Shown here in pieces: positions 28,901-41,768 of a stretch of DNA of 64,000 bases. This DNA comes from Sphagnum compactum (taxonomy: Eukaryota). The translations under genes and the position numbers were made by a program. Position 1 is the first letter of the stretch; every line of letters starts with the position of its first letter. The notes under the pieces were generated by a model. That model was not told the DNA's origin and ran no database searches. It saw only the letters and a list, made by a program, of their open reading frames with translations. The DNA lies in the NCBI GenBank assembly GCA_965153455.1, contig OZ234493.1, positions 23,240,213-23,304,212 on the forward strand, in the 5' to 3' direction.

Positions 28901-31900
28901 TGTCTTCATATGACGCCCCTGCTTCTCTGAAATACTCTGAAGAAGATTCTTTGTCCCTATTGCTCAAATAAATGCCCCCAATTCTATCAGATCCCCTTTT
29001 AACAGTTTGTTTAAGCCTGTACATCTCCCTTTCACATTAACATACTCCACATACTATAGTAATTAAGTCATATCCTGTTCCAATACCTGGTCCTCTACTC
29101 AGTATATAGTAAAGAAATGAAGAGAGCGTGAAGAAGATAGCTCAGGAACACACACCAACATCGATCAGTGCCAAACCCGCTTTGGATTGATAGATGGCAC
29201 GCATAGAAAGCACAATTTTCATGTCAATCAACTCCTCAACAAGCCTCTTTGTTCTCCTGTCAAATACCTGATTCAACCATCATTTGGAAGGTTACCCTAT
29301 GGGGCACGACAATGCTTTCACTAGCAAATGGAAAAAAGGGTTTCAAAGAATCCTCTCTTCAAGCAAAGGCAGGTCCATAAACAGGAGCTGCTTACCAAGA
29401 TATGTCCAGTGTTGGCTCGGCCCACATCATATGTTGAAAAGCTGGCCCATTCACTCAATTTAAACATCCACCTGGACAACAAATCCATGACAAGCAATCA
29501 GTGAGTGTAGGATTAACACCAACATATCCTACTACCTATTTTGGATACGCAAAATGATGTTAAGTTGCACAAGCCACAAAACAAAACAAAACAGAAGAAC
29601 AAGTTCTTGTTTGAAATGGCATACCCATTGGAGGCCTGCTTATCAGTCATAAAACCACCAGTCATGATGTGGCTGCCAGTGCCTTCATCAAAGCAAAGGC
29701 TCATATGAATCACATCATTCAGTAAATCAACATGGCCCAGATTCTCACCACATACAGGGCATTGATTGATCCTGAATGTCCTGCACCCCAAAAGCCCATG
29801 CATTCTCACTCAATATCTCTGTTTTGAGTTGCAGATGCAAACAACAAGAAGTGGATTACTATATGTTGCTCTGGCCTGTCTCAGGAAAAGTTAAATCATA
29901 AATCCAGAATCTAAATCCAGAATCTCTGCAATAAAAGCGAAGAAGATATTGCTGTGTTGGGGGGCCAGTGGGCAAAAGAATACCTCACTTCACTATTGGC
30001 AATCAGTGCAGAGAGTTCATCTGTATTCACTTTGCCATCCTTGTTAGTGTCAGCTTCGTTAAAAATTTCTTGAAGCTGCATCCTCATCAAAGTAGCAACA
30101 AAAAACTCACATCAGTAGATCCATGAAAAGAGCACATCGTCATGAACTTCATATCTATGACCTATAGCAGAGAAGTCTACATAACAACACTTTGAAGTGA
30201 CACAACAATGAGAATAGTCCTAACCTTGTGAGAGTTGCTCACAAAGTGTCAGACCATCACCTTCATCATGAATAGCAGTGACAAGCTGCCATGACTACCC
30301 AATTACTTCATCAGCTCCTGACCATGGTGTAGATAATTATACAATAACCTACCCAAAATTTTGGTTAAACTAACAAAATCTGCATCCTGAGTTTCTGTCA
30401 CATTTCCAGAAGCAACAGCAAGACTTAGTCATTATGTTGGGTAGCACTCACAAACTCTGAATACTGAAGGTCACATTCCTCTGGGTGGAAATCCAGTAAA
30501 TAAATGCAGAAGAGTAGCCAGTGTAAAAGAAAAACCAAAAGGAGACAACTGTTCTATCCACTTCCAGAGATTGAGCAAGAATCCACACCATTGAACAGGA
30601 ACAGAATTCAATATACCTTGCTCACTGGCAGTGTATTCCCAAAGGCTTTGATCAGATCACAAAATTGCTTGAATGATAGTTCCCCACTCTCGTTGTGATC
30701 CTGTTAGATTTTCAGCAAATGACTCCAATTGACATGAGAAGGCAGCTGGAGAGTATTTGAATAGACTTTTTCACAGGAAAAACAAGTTAGGGGGGTTTCT
30801 CACCATCATAGAGAGGAGACGTCGAGCAAACTTCATCTCGGTGACTGCTCGGTCCTACAACAAAGGTGCACATGATTGCATCAGCATGGTTGACCCCCAG
30901 GTCAGTTGACAATGTGACACAGGCAAGCAGTCATGTGAATGGAATACAAAAGTTCTAAACAGGCCAGGAATAGGTGAACAGAAATACCTCAGCACTGTAG
31001 CTCAGAGTTATTTTCCCCACCACTTTAGAGTTCGAGTTTGGATCGATCAAGTTATGAACCTCATTTGAGTGAACTGTCTCCTGCTACCCCAAGACACTAG
31101 TAGATTTATGATGGAGTCAAGGGCCAGAGTGTAGAAGACTAAAATCAGTGTATGTCTACTGCATAAACGGAAGAGCAAAAGAGACAGTGCACTTCTCAAG
31201 TTATGACTATGATAGATTGGATGGAGTTTCTCATTTTGCTGGATACAACTCTTACACCCATTTCTCTTGATCTGCTCTTGAATTTGTGTCCTCTTTACAC
31301 TTTCTCTGAGTCTTGTCAACATCCCATGAACAACATGGATATAGTTCCAGTCAGCTTTCATGCTACATATCACTTTCTTCTTAAACCATACATGGGTGCT
31401 TGAGGGTACCACCCAGGTGCTGACATAAAAAACTTACAGAATCGAAAATACCACTGAGATCAAGTTCACAATAGCAAACCAATGTGTTTCCAGTTAAGTG
31501 AGCCTGCAGTCATGACATAGAATTGGTGAGGAATGATAAACACCTCAGTGACAGCCAGTATTTCTAAACAGTCTCAAATCAGATTTGTTACTTGCAACTT
31601 ATCTCACTCGATAGCAGATATTCAAAGACTAATGAAAGGAGGAGAGACAGAGCCAAAAAACTTACCTCATGGACAGAGACACGGACAATTCGTGGGCCAT
31701 TTGCCTCAAGTACCACTGTCCTCTCCTGCAACAGAAAGGCACAACTTTTAGGACAGTTTTGGATTGAGCAAGTCAGAGTCAAGAAACTAAGTTCACAACT
31801 TACCAGCTGTGAGTCAGCTATATAGCTACTACTATCTGAACTTGAGAACTAAAAGATGCGAAGAGACTTACAGATTTCCATTCTGGCTTGTCTGTGCTGG

Positions 31901-32670
31901 AACAAAAAGTGAACACAAAGACTCAGTTATCAGGAAAGGACAATGGATCGTCTATGGTGTAACTTGAGACCCGATAATTAGATGCAAGAAGAGAGAGACT
32001 GAATTTCCAAATGTATGGGTTGGACAAATTGCACAAGGGAGTTCAACAAGTAAGACACGATTAGGACAATCTTCTTGAAAGAGAAAATTGTGGGAAGACC
32101 TAAAGAGACTGCAGGAGTGAGAAAAAAACTCAACTGGATGGATGTTGCAGTCAGGAAAGTTTGCTCCCCAATCGCCACACAAGCAAACCATTTCCCCTTC
32201 AACTGCAATTGTGCCTGATACCTCACAACAATCCACTTTACAATGTTTTCTGTATATCATGCATGTAGAGAGAGCACAATGTGAATTCCCCCCTGCAATT
32301 TGCACTAGCTCAAAACAAACTACTCCTCCTCCAGCGAAGATAGGTAGGTCAAGAGTTCCTTCTCAGATCAGAAACCCCCCTACCCAACACTGTCCCCACA
32401 TACCTTAACAGGGAGGGAAAAACGAAAATGCCATAATCAAAACTCCGAATTCCTCATGCTTTCCCTCACAATCCCCTTACAACAACCCCCCTAAAAATCA
32501 CCTCCACCAGCGGAATATGAACTTCGTTTGCGCACACTAGATTCAGCAAAAATGGGTACACAAATTACCGACATCAGTTGAATGAGAGCCACGCCACTGA
32601 ACTGATCTTCGCGTAGATGTGTACCGCCACTCTTGCTACCGCCTGCATGCATCGAAACATTGTGCCCCAT
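25959..32670 (-). CDS. PSD2: Phosphatidylserine decarboxylase proenzyme, PSD2/PSD3 type (C2 + EF-hand + decarboxylase), about 20 exons
   Basis: Start MGHNVSMHAGG (ATG 32670). C2 segment WFACVAIGEQTFLT; EF-hand exon near 29990-30075; INQCPVCGE...HMSLCFDEG; TFNEFFIRELKPGVRPIA; CAADSRL; DYHRFHAPVSG; VNPIAVNS; AIGATMVGSI; autocleavage motif GYFQFGGSTV; stop at 25959. Confidence 0.93.
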
Positions 32671-32994
32671 ATCTCCCCTTCCTTCCTTCCTCCTCCTCCT
32701 CCTCCTCCTACTCCACTTGATCCCAAATTTTCCCTTTACCAAGATGCAAACACCTGAGAAGAACTTTATGTAAAATGCAGGTAAGTTTTATGTAAGTGCG
32801 TGCAGCTTTGTGTCATGGACGATTTGATTCGCGCCCAAGTTGAGTCCTTTTTTGCCAAACAAAATCGTTGCCAAAACGTTGGAAGCGATTGATGTGCAGA
32901 GAGAAGAAGAAGCTCGTTCTTTAGTTGTGTTTTTTTCTCAACGCTTTGCATTTGTGTGCGTGCCTATTACGTGTGAAGTTTTGGTTTTTTTGCG

Positions 32995-33371
32995 AACTTG
33001 AGAGTGGGAGTGGAGCGCCGCAAGTGTCTTATTTTTGGCACTCGAAAGTGAAAAAAAACACACAAGTTCAGCAATTTCACAAGCGACAAAGTGGTGACAC
33101 CTAAGTTGGGATTGGGAGAGGGGGAGGGAGGACATGTGTTTTGATTTGATTGTGCTGCTTCGTTTGGGTACCTATCCAACAAGCTTTGGCTTTTATGAGA
33201 ACTTGAGAGTGGGAGTGGGAGTGGAGCGCAAGTGTCTTATTTTTGGCACTCGAAAGTAAAAAAAACTTGGCGAATGTCACAAGTTCAGCAAATTTCACAA
33301 GCGACAAAGTGGTGACACCTAAGTTGGGATTGGGCGGAGGAGAGAGGACATGTGTTTTTATTTGATTGTGC
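32995..33371. repeat. Direct tandem duplication (about 160-170 bp, two copies) upstream of the PSD start
   Basis: AACTTGAGAGTGGGAGTGG...GCAAGTGTCTTATTTTTGGCACTCGAAAGT...CACAAGCGACAAAGTGGTGACACCTAAGTTGGGATTGGG...GAGGACATGTGTTTT.ATTTGATTGTGC at about 32995-33156 and 33199-33371. Confidence 0.9.
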
Positions 33372-34020
33372 CCACAAGCGACAACGTAATGACACCCACA
33401 CAACTTACTACCATAACAACCTTCATGGTTGCATTCAGCTCCACTTCTCAATGCACTTCTCAAAGAGCACTTCCACCATTGGCCTGCAAAGTACTTACTT
33501 ACTAGTTTGAACCGCGTGCCTAATGCACAGGTGTGTTATTTCAATAATGTTTGGTTCATGTTTTAGTATTTTTTTAAAAACTTTTATCTTTTTTATTTTT
33601 TATTTTTATGTGTTTTCTGTTTTTATTATTATTTTATATAATAAAAATAAAGTGTTTCTTTTTCACTTTTGTATTTTTGTTTTATTATAAGTTTTATTTT
33701 TTCTTATTTTCTACTCTTTATTTGGTTTCTTCTTTTTTGTAATTTTTTTCTTTTAAAATGATTTTACTGTATTTCCCTTTCCTTGTTTCATTTGTTCCCA
33801 TTCCTTTTTTATAGTTTTTGTTTTTTTTACTTTTTTTTGTTTATGTTTGTTTCATGTTTTAATTTTTACGGATGGATGGATGAAAAGCTTCATTTCATCC
33901 CGACGTCCTTTACTATATGTAATATTTCTCATGAAGTATGTACATACAAAATAAAATTCATATGTTGATGATTTGGGGCCCCAGACCCCTTAATCTCTCA
34001 CACAATTTTCAACCTGCTAT

Positions 34021-34243
34021 GGTGCATTCACACTTGATGTTAAGTCAATGTTAAAATGAAAATCTAGGTGGCATCCTAGGTGGCACCTGATGTTAAATGG
34101 GTCATTGCTTTATGTTAAGTGAATGATGGTAGCTTAGCATAAAATGTTCGTGGTAAGTAAGTAGGTGTAAGTCCTAAAATGACTAGCATTGTGTGTTCGG
34201 GGACTCAACACTTTGAGTCCCTAACACCAAGTGTGAATGCACC
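34021..34243. mobile_element. MITE, copy 2 of the family at 4914-5124
   Basis: Same TIR GGTGCATTCACACTTG...CAAGTGTGAATGCACC and the same internal sequence (AATGAAAATCTAGGTGGCATCCTAGGTGG). Confidence 0.8.
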
Positions 34244-37200
34244 TTTAGCCTCATTATTTTAGAATTGGGCTAACTTGGGCTCAGTTGGGCCCCACTCTCA
34301 TCACCTCTTTTTGATCTCATCCCCTAAATTGTGTTATCTGTGGAGTGTCCAAATATGGGACCAAAATAGGGGAAACCCAGAATGGATGGGATCCCCAAAC
34401 TAGGCATAACAACTTTTTTTTTCATGGGCTGCCCACCTATGGTCTATGCTATGCGGGCTATATGGGGTAGGCTAGGAGGTTAGGGGGCTTTGGGCTAAGG
34501 GAGTATGGGGGCCATTAGCTAGATGGTTGTATGCTATGGCTTGTGATATAGGCTATTGGTTATATGGCTATGGCTATTGATTATTGGCAATTAAATATAG
34601 GTTATTTGCTAATGGTTATTGCTATGGCAGATGGTTAGGGGTATTGGTTCTTAGCTAGGCTATGGCTATTGACAATATGGATAGGGATAGGTTTGGTCTT
34701 CCAGGATTTGAGGTTAGGACAAGTTTTATGTGGGTTTGAATGTTTGGTTTTTAGGGTTTTGAGATTGGGTTTTTTTAAGTGTTTAAGGTTTAGGCTTAAG
34801 GTTTTTCAATTTCAATCTAATTTTTAAGGTTTCGGATTTTTAGATTGTAGCATGGCTTATGTTGGTGTAGAATAAATAAAGTTCAAAATCAAGATTAAGA
34901 CACACAATCATGGACTAAAAGATGGCAATGAAAATTGTTATTTAAAGCTCATGATTTTGTGTATGCAAAATGAGGAAATTTAAAATTAGCTTCAAAAGGT
35001 GGCTTTAGGGTTTTAGGTAGATTGGAACTCGTAGATTTAGATTTTCATGGCACGTATGTAATGAAGATTACATTATATATTTCATTCTTGTAAACTTCTT
35101 CTTATTTTTATTTGAAAATTTAAAAGATGTCTTTTTCAAGTTCCTCAAGTGGTTCTTCTTCAACTAATGATGAGGAATTTTGATGAGGAATTTTAGAGGA
35201 TATGAATCAAACTGATTTCATGATGCAAATGATGTCGATGGTAGTGTTTTTTTTGTGGCGAAATTTCACAAAATTGCAAAAAAAAAGGGGGGCGGTGGGG
35301 GTGCAATGAAAGGCCTTTATAATTTTAGGGCTACTATTATATTTTTTTCACCAGATCTCAACCATTGTGCGAACCAAGAGGCTACTCTAATGATGGATGG
35401 CTTGGATCCCTTATTGCCCAAAAGTGATGGCCACAATTTGATCCCTATGAAATAGTCAATGTTGATATCAACTATGAGTAGGGTTCTAACTTCTAACACC
35501 CTTGTTCACAAACTAGCAATTCCCCCTTAAGAAGACCTCCAAGGATGTAGGAAACACATTTTTTTTCCCCCCTTATTTTATTCATAGAAAAAATTTATTG
35601 CATTGCTACAATTATTATGCATTAACATTATGAATGATGATGATGATATGGTCATATTCATCATTAAGGGAAAGGAGGTCTAAGGGATGCAATTTGGCAA
35701 CATGTTTGACATGATGGTTTCTTAACAATCAATAGAGTTATCCATAAAGTCACCATGTTTTCACTCTATCTTTGGGACCCCTTTCACCCCCAAACCCTTA
35801 TTTTAGTGATATTTGCAAAGTGAGATTTATTCTAGGTATGAAATGATAAAATTCAACATTTAATGCACAAGGTTCGGAAGTAATTATAATAGTTGTACAT
35901 GTAGGGAGCAGTGAAAATATATGTAGCAATAATGAGGCGCTCATGAAAAAGGAAAAATGGGGTAAGACATGATGAAATTCATTTTACCACCAAAATTGAT
36001 GGTTTTTAAAGTTTTACCCCTTGTTGAATGCTATTGTATTTTTTTGCAAGTTTTAAAAAAAAATTGCCCCATTTATGACCAAACTTAGGGTTTTGGTGTT
36101 GTGTTTTCCTTACTTTATGGATAACTCCATATATGGATAATTTCACCAAAAAAATGTTTTAAACACACACAAGGATAATTATAATTCACTTTGCACATTG
36201 TGCACATTCTTAGTTCAAATAGTTTTCAAACACTTGACATGCTCTCCTTCCATCTAATATTCACTACAAAAAAAAACAATCTTTTCAACTACAAAAATAA
36301 ATAAAAAAGACCCCTTTTGCCCCCTTGTCCAACATGATCAAAATGTTATTTTGGAAAAGTCAATTTGTACCTATTTGTTTTGATTGTCATGTTTTTCTTA
36401 CCATGAGGTCATGGGATGTTTTGATTAGTCAAAATGACTAATTGTCAATTTGACCATTGGTCAATTAGGCCATAATTGTTTATGGTCCAATTTAAACCAC
36501 ATGTCATCATTATGTTGCATTTTTGAAGGTGATGTGATATCATATGTTATAAAGAAAAGTAGGTAAGTAGGTACCTATTTACGACTATGTGTCTATGATA
36601 TATACACATGCATTGTACACATCACACATCACCATATACAAAATACATATACATGATTTGTTCAAGGTTGAACCTAAGACCTCATAGAGGCATGCCGATG
36701 CTTTTGTCATCAAATTACACAACTTTTTGTTAGTAAAAGTTGTGCAACTTTTTTTGTTTTATCTTTTAAATCATGAAATTCTTGAAAAATCACAAAATTA
36801 ACACATTAAAAAAAAAATGTTCAAATGAAACAAATAAAATGATATTGTTGAAGTTTATTCAAATATCTATTCAATAAAATCAATATATTTTATGAATTTT
36901 CAAATGAGTTTTTAAAAAATGTTTTCGAAAAACATAAATCATTAACAAATTCAAACATGTCAACTCATGATTTTTCAATTCAAATTCCATTCATTGTGCA
37001 ATTAAACAAAACAAAGTAGTTAAGTGGGTAAGGTAGGTAGGTATGTCAAAGATGGGTAGCATAAGTAGGTCATAGGTAAATAGGTAGGTTGTTAGGGTAG
37101 GTATATATAAGTAGGTTATGTATGTTTTAGGTTGGGTATGTAGTAAGGTAGGTGAGTAGACCTAGAATAAGTAAGGTAGGTAGGTATCATAACATGTGAC

Positions 37201-37817
37201 AATATGTGGTTTAACATGATAAATACATGTGGTTAAGTAACCATCGCACATGAACCAATAGTTCATTCCCTATTGGCAATTCATTATAAGCACAACCTAT
37301 CATAGCCTATGTTAGGCAAGTAGCCTATGCCTAGTCAATAAACTAGCTAGTTATGCTAGGTTAGGTAAGTACCTAGGTAGGCTCATTAGTAACATTAAAT
37401 AGGTAACATAGGCTTAACTAGTAAGCTAGTTTTAGATTTACTAGGTAAGCAACCTTGGCCTAGGCCTAGCTAACTACTATCAAATTAATATGGTTGATTT
37501 GAATAAACCTTAGCCATTTTGATTTTCTTTTTTCTTTTTTTTTTCCTTCTTAATTAGATGTTTAGACTAATAGTTAGTAAAAATAGTCACTTTAATCAAA
37601 ATACTAGTAACAAATAACACATGTCTTTCATGCCTTAGGTCTTTAGTTAAATTGGACATTTTTTTTGTCAATGCAAACATTTTAGTCAAATTGAACTTGT
37701 ACAAAACCACAATTTCTTGTAAATTTTTTTTTTGGGTCTTTAAAAACACAATAATCAAACAAATCATGCAAAAAAAATGATTTCATTTAAAATTTTGTTT
37801 AAACAAAAAATCTAGTT

Positions 37818-39047
37818 TTAGCATGACAATGATGCAACCCTAAAAGTGAACCCCACCATGTGGGGTGCATACTCCTCTTGAATTTGCACTATCACATTAG
37901 TATGGATTCTGTGCAACATGACCACCCCATTATATCCAAATGAAACATGTTTTTGGGCCATATCGTCCTTGTTCAATGCACCTGGTGTGATTAGGGTTTT
38001 GGTGATCAATCTTGTCATGTTGTTTGCACCTACACCATCAATTACACATTCCAAAAACAATAACATAGGTACCTTCCTCTAGTTTGGAATAATATAAATA
38101 TGCGCACTAGCTCAAAACTAGTTGTCCAAGCTTGTGAATGCATCACAACTTAAACTAACATTAACTAGATTGAACATAACAACTTTTTTAGTGGCATCTA
38201 ACACCACTTGTGTAGTTGTTCCACCATGAACCATGTTGAACTATCAATCTAGAGCTTTTCAATGTTGTTTTCACACCAAGTTGTTTGAATAAAAATTTTA
38301 AACCTTCAAAGTCAATCATTGGCCTTCCTTCCATCAACAAATGTAAACCAATGGTGAATTGGACAAGCGTTTGCTTGTCATCATTCCCATCTCTTTTCCT
38401 CACAAGATGCAAAACACTAAACCCCTTTGCCAAATTAGCATTGATTGCCTCATTTTGAACATGTCGGTGTCTTTAGAATAGAATAATTTGCTTGTTTGCA
38501 CACCTTTAGTTGTGACCTTTGCCTTCCTCTTTCCAACATGTTTGGAAAAGTTGTCTAACTTAAGAATAAACAAATTTTTTTTGCATTAAAACTTGGAACA
38601 TATTTTACAACTCATAGCATGAATCAAGCCATCACCTCCAACAACAAATTTTGCCCATGTATAGGCCTATTTGGATGCCCATAAATATTGAAATTTTTTA
38701 TGTGCATCATACCATGTTTATTTCCATTTCATGTATCTTTTGAGCATTACATGTTGCAATTGAATCTATAGTTTTAGGAGAACTATTATTAAATGATTCA
38801 CTATAATTCATTGAGAGATTGAATGCTTCAGTTGAAAAAACATCAAGCACAGCAACATTTGACAATATATCTGTTGTTCAATTATCGACATTGAATTTAA
38901 CAAGGTCTTGCAATGACATTCTATCGTGAAAGAAGTACCTTGTTCAATTGTCAACATTGAATTTAGCAAGGTCTCACGATGACATTCTATCACTAAAGAA
39001 ATAGGTACACTGAAGTGAAGATTTGGAGGTACATTCAACAAAGCCAT
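37818..39047 (-). mobile_element. Degenerate hAT-superfamily (ZNF862-like) transposase remnant
   Basis: Fragmented frames: WAKFVVGGDGLIHAMSCKICSK (zinc-finger-like), KQTLVQFTIGLHLLMEGRPMIDFEGLKFLFKQLGVK and VSFGYNGVVMLHRIHTNVIVQIQEEYAPHMVG, which resembles the DGA...GV...HC region of ZNF862-like transposases. Several stops and frameshifts. Family assigned by motif recall. Confidence 0.6.
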
Positions 39048-39260
39048 GGTGTGACGTTAACCCAAAAAAATTTGATCGACAAGTGATGACCATCAACAAA
39101 ATTTTTGTTCAATGCATCGCTTATGTGATTGACAACAAAGTCGACAAATTGCAATCAACAATAAAATTTTAGGTAGGGTGAATGATATCCTTTTTTTGGG
39201 TAACTAAAAAGCAAAATTTCACTGAAAAAAACACTCAATGCAAACCTTTAAATTTTCTTA

Positions 39261-39604
39261 AAGATCTCATTTAAGATCTCATTTGAGGACCTGGCACAAA
39301 TAGGAGAATTTCAAGACCTCATTTTGTTATTCACAAAAACTTCATCCGCAAGTGTGACATTCATTTAAGACCTCATTGTGGGGAAGTTCTTTGCCAGACA
39401 GTGATGCAAGCCCTACAAAAAATGGTTTCAAGACCTCACTTAAGATCTCGTGTTGGATGTTAGTACCAGGCAGCGATGCAAACACCCAAAAAAGATGGTT
39501 TTAAGACGTCATTTTGGAAGTTCTTGAGAGGCAACGATACAAACCCTAAAAAGGGCTGGTTTCAAGACCTCATTTTGTAACTGACAAAACCTTCCTTCGC
39601 AAGT
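39261..39604. repeat. Degenerate short tandem array (core AAGA(C/T)CTCATTT) upstream of the Ycf20-like gene
   Basis: Core motif at about 39261, 39273, 39313, 39368, 39430, 39503 and 39564; the longer unit CA(G/A)(T/C)GAT(G/A)CAA..CC..AAAA...TGGTTT(C/T)AAGAC occurs three times. Confidence 0.75.
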
Positions 39605-39938
39605 ACCCGTCGCGGAAGAAGACGACACGAGAGACACAAAAGCACAAGGAAAAATGGAGAATTAGACGCAGTTTTTGTTCTCTGGGAGTGTTCTGTTTTG
39701 TCAGTTGAAGTTTGTTGATTGCTTGCATTTTGTTATTTGAATCCAGTTCATTTTCTGCTTTAGGTTCCCCCCCCGCCCCCCCCTGGTTATCCCTTTGTTT
39801 TCCCCCTTTCTCTTTGTGAATGTAGGAGGAGGATCACAATTTGTGTGAATCTGGTGGTTACGGGAAGGAGAATTTTCTCAAGAAGTTTTTTCCTGGTGAT
39901 TGATTCTGGTACTGTTTTTTTTTTTTTTTGGGTTTTTA

Positions 39939-40481
39939 ATGTCTTTGATTCTTGTGTTGCCTACTTCTTGTTCTGGTGCTGGTGTTAGTGCTTTTTCTTC
40001 TTCTTCAAGGCAATTCAAGCCAGTTGCAAGTGTGCGGCAAGAAGTTCCATGGGAGATTGGGAAGGAGTTGAGTGCAAGGAGGAAGCGGAAAGGAAGGGGG
40101 AGATCTGTCGCTGCTGCTGTGCAAGGATTGAGGATTAGGGCAACGCAAGAAGGGGATTTTCAACGAAGGCGCTTGGTGGATGTGGTAAAAACTCTTCCTC
40201 GTGTGGCTCGAGCTTATTTCAAGAGCCCGTTTCGGAGGGCTTTGTTTGGAGGGATTGCACTATTAGGGGGATTTTATGTGGCGCAAACCATTTCTTTGTC
40301 CTTTGGTGCATTAGGCGTGAACGACGTCATTGCTGCGGCTTTGTGTGTTTTGTTCACGGAATTTGTGACTAGGTTCTATCACACACGGGTGCAGATTACA
40401 TTCCCTATAGCGCTCCTCAATAATTTCAAAATGGGGCTCACATATGGGCTCTTCATTGATGCTTTTAAGCTTGCCAGCTGA
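39939..40481 (+). CDS. Ycf20-like (DUF565) chloroplast membrane protein, intronless
   Basis: First in-frame ATG at 39939. Ser/Ala/Arg-rich transit-like N-terminus; conserved core RRALFGGIALLGGFYVAQTISLSFGALGVNDVIAA...LLNNFKMGLTYGLFIDAFKLAS*. Confidence 0.9.
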   Translation: MSLILVLPTSCSGAGVSAFSSSSRQFKPVASVRQEVPWEIGKELSARRKRKGRGRSVAAAVQGLRIRATQEGDFQRRRLVDVVKTLPRVARAYFKSPFRRALFGGIALLGGFYVAQTISLSFGALGVNDVIAAALCVLFTEFVTRFYHTRVQITFPIALLNNFKMGLTYGLFIDAFKLAS

Positions 40482-41768
40482 CAGCATTTTGCTGTGTGAA
40501 TAAAGGGGCTGGATCTCTCGAAGCATTTGGTTTTGGTTTTCCTCAAGATACATTGTTGCACTTGCAATGTTTTTTCTTTGAGTACATGTGCTATGTGTAC
40601 ATTTTCTCCCCCTGAATACGAGCATTTCTTTCTGGGATAAGTGAAATCTCTCAGATTCTTCTCTCTAGTGCAATATCTGCAAACAGGCATCCATCTTACT
40701 TCAGTAACAAACAAACAAAAATACAAAAAATAAGATGGTTATTGTTTTCAATAAGTAGGATGGTTGCTCGTTTGAAGATATTTCAGTAGACAGAGAGAGA
40801 GAGCTCATAAGCTATTTTGTCTTATTCATTCTTTTATGCGTATGCATGACCATGCTCAAAACAATCTGAGGGCAATGTCAGTTGCATGTATCACCATGAC
40901 ACTTCTCTCACTTTTGTTCAATTGTGATGAAAGAATGCTATGTGCAGCAGAAAGGTCGAGTTCAGAACTGTTATTGCAGAAGATGCATTATACATCACAT
41001 TGTACTTTCATTCCTAGAGTTTTCACATTGTCCTTCCCATTCCTAGAATTTTTTGTGATGTTTGAATCTTTAGTAGATCTATACCCGGGACTCTCTTATG
41101 ATTCTGGATGACAGCAAGGAGTTTCGTATGATGAACATTTCATCTTGGAGAAGTGGTTGAAGTGTTATTCGCACCTATCAAAGGAGTGATAGCTGCATTT
41201 GGGTGTAACCAGGTCTTGGAAGCATACCACCAGGTAACCATATTTAAGTGTGCTTTGGGGAGTTTCTGTTCCCAAGTACATTATTGCTGTTTGCAGATCT
41301 AAGTCTTCTTGACAGAAGTGCTTCAAGCACCCTTCTTTTCCAGGTATTTTGTTTTTGTGGTCACACGTTATCATGGCTTTATGGACTTCGTAGTTTCAGT
41401 TACTCTTGTCCTGACACTAGGCTACAGCAGTTGATGTCAGATGGGAAAGCGTTGGTTGATGTCTTGTTTTGTCAGTGAGTCACAGTTGCCCTGGCATATT
41501 TATTTGACCTGTTACTCTGCTGCCATTGTCAAACCTTCACTGGGTTCCAGTGTAAGTAGAGTTACATTCAAGACTCGGGTCATCCAACCTTTTTATATGT
41601 ATACAGGAAGTTCATGATTTCAATGTTGTTTCTTGACAACAACTGCAATTGCAAAGGTTATTGAAGATTGAGGGCTTGATTTGATAAGTGATTGGTGTAA
41701 CAATGTGTAGGTCAGGCTACCTTAAGGGTGTTAGTGTTCATAGTGACTGTGATAAGTGAGTTCTTTCC

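Noticed and set aside
34440-37480. GCTAT(G/T)- and GTAGGT-rich tracts
   Set aside because: Low-complexity simple sequence in AT-rich intergenic DNA, with no structure or coding signal.
39261-39604. Short spaced repeats resembling a CRISPR or iteron array
   Set aside because: The repeats are degenerate, irregularly spaced and the intervening sequences are themselves related; this is an ordinary tandem duplication.
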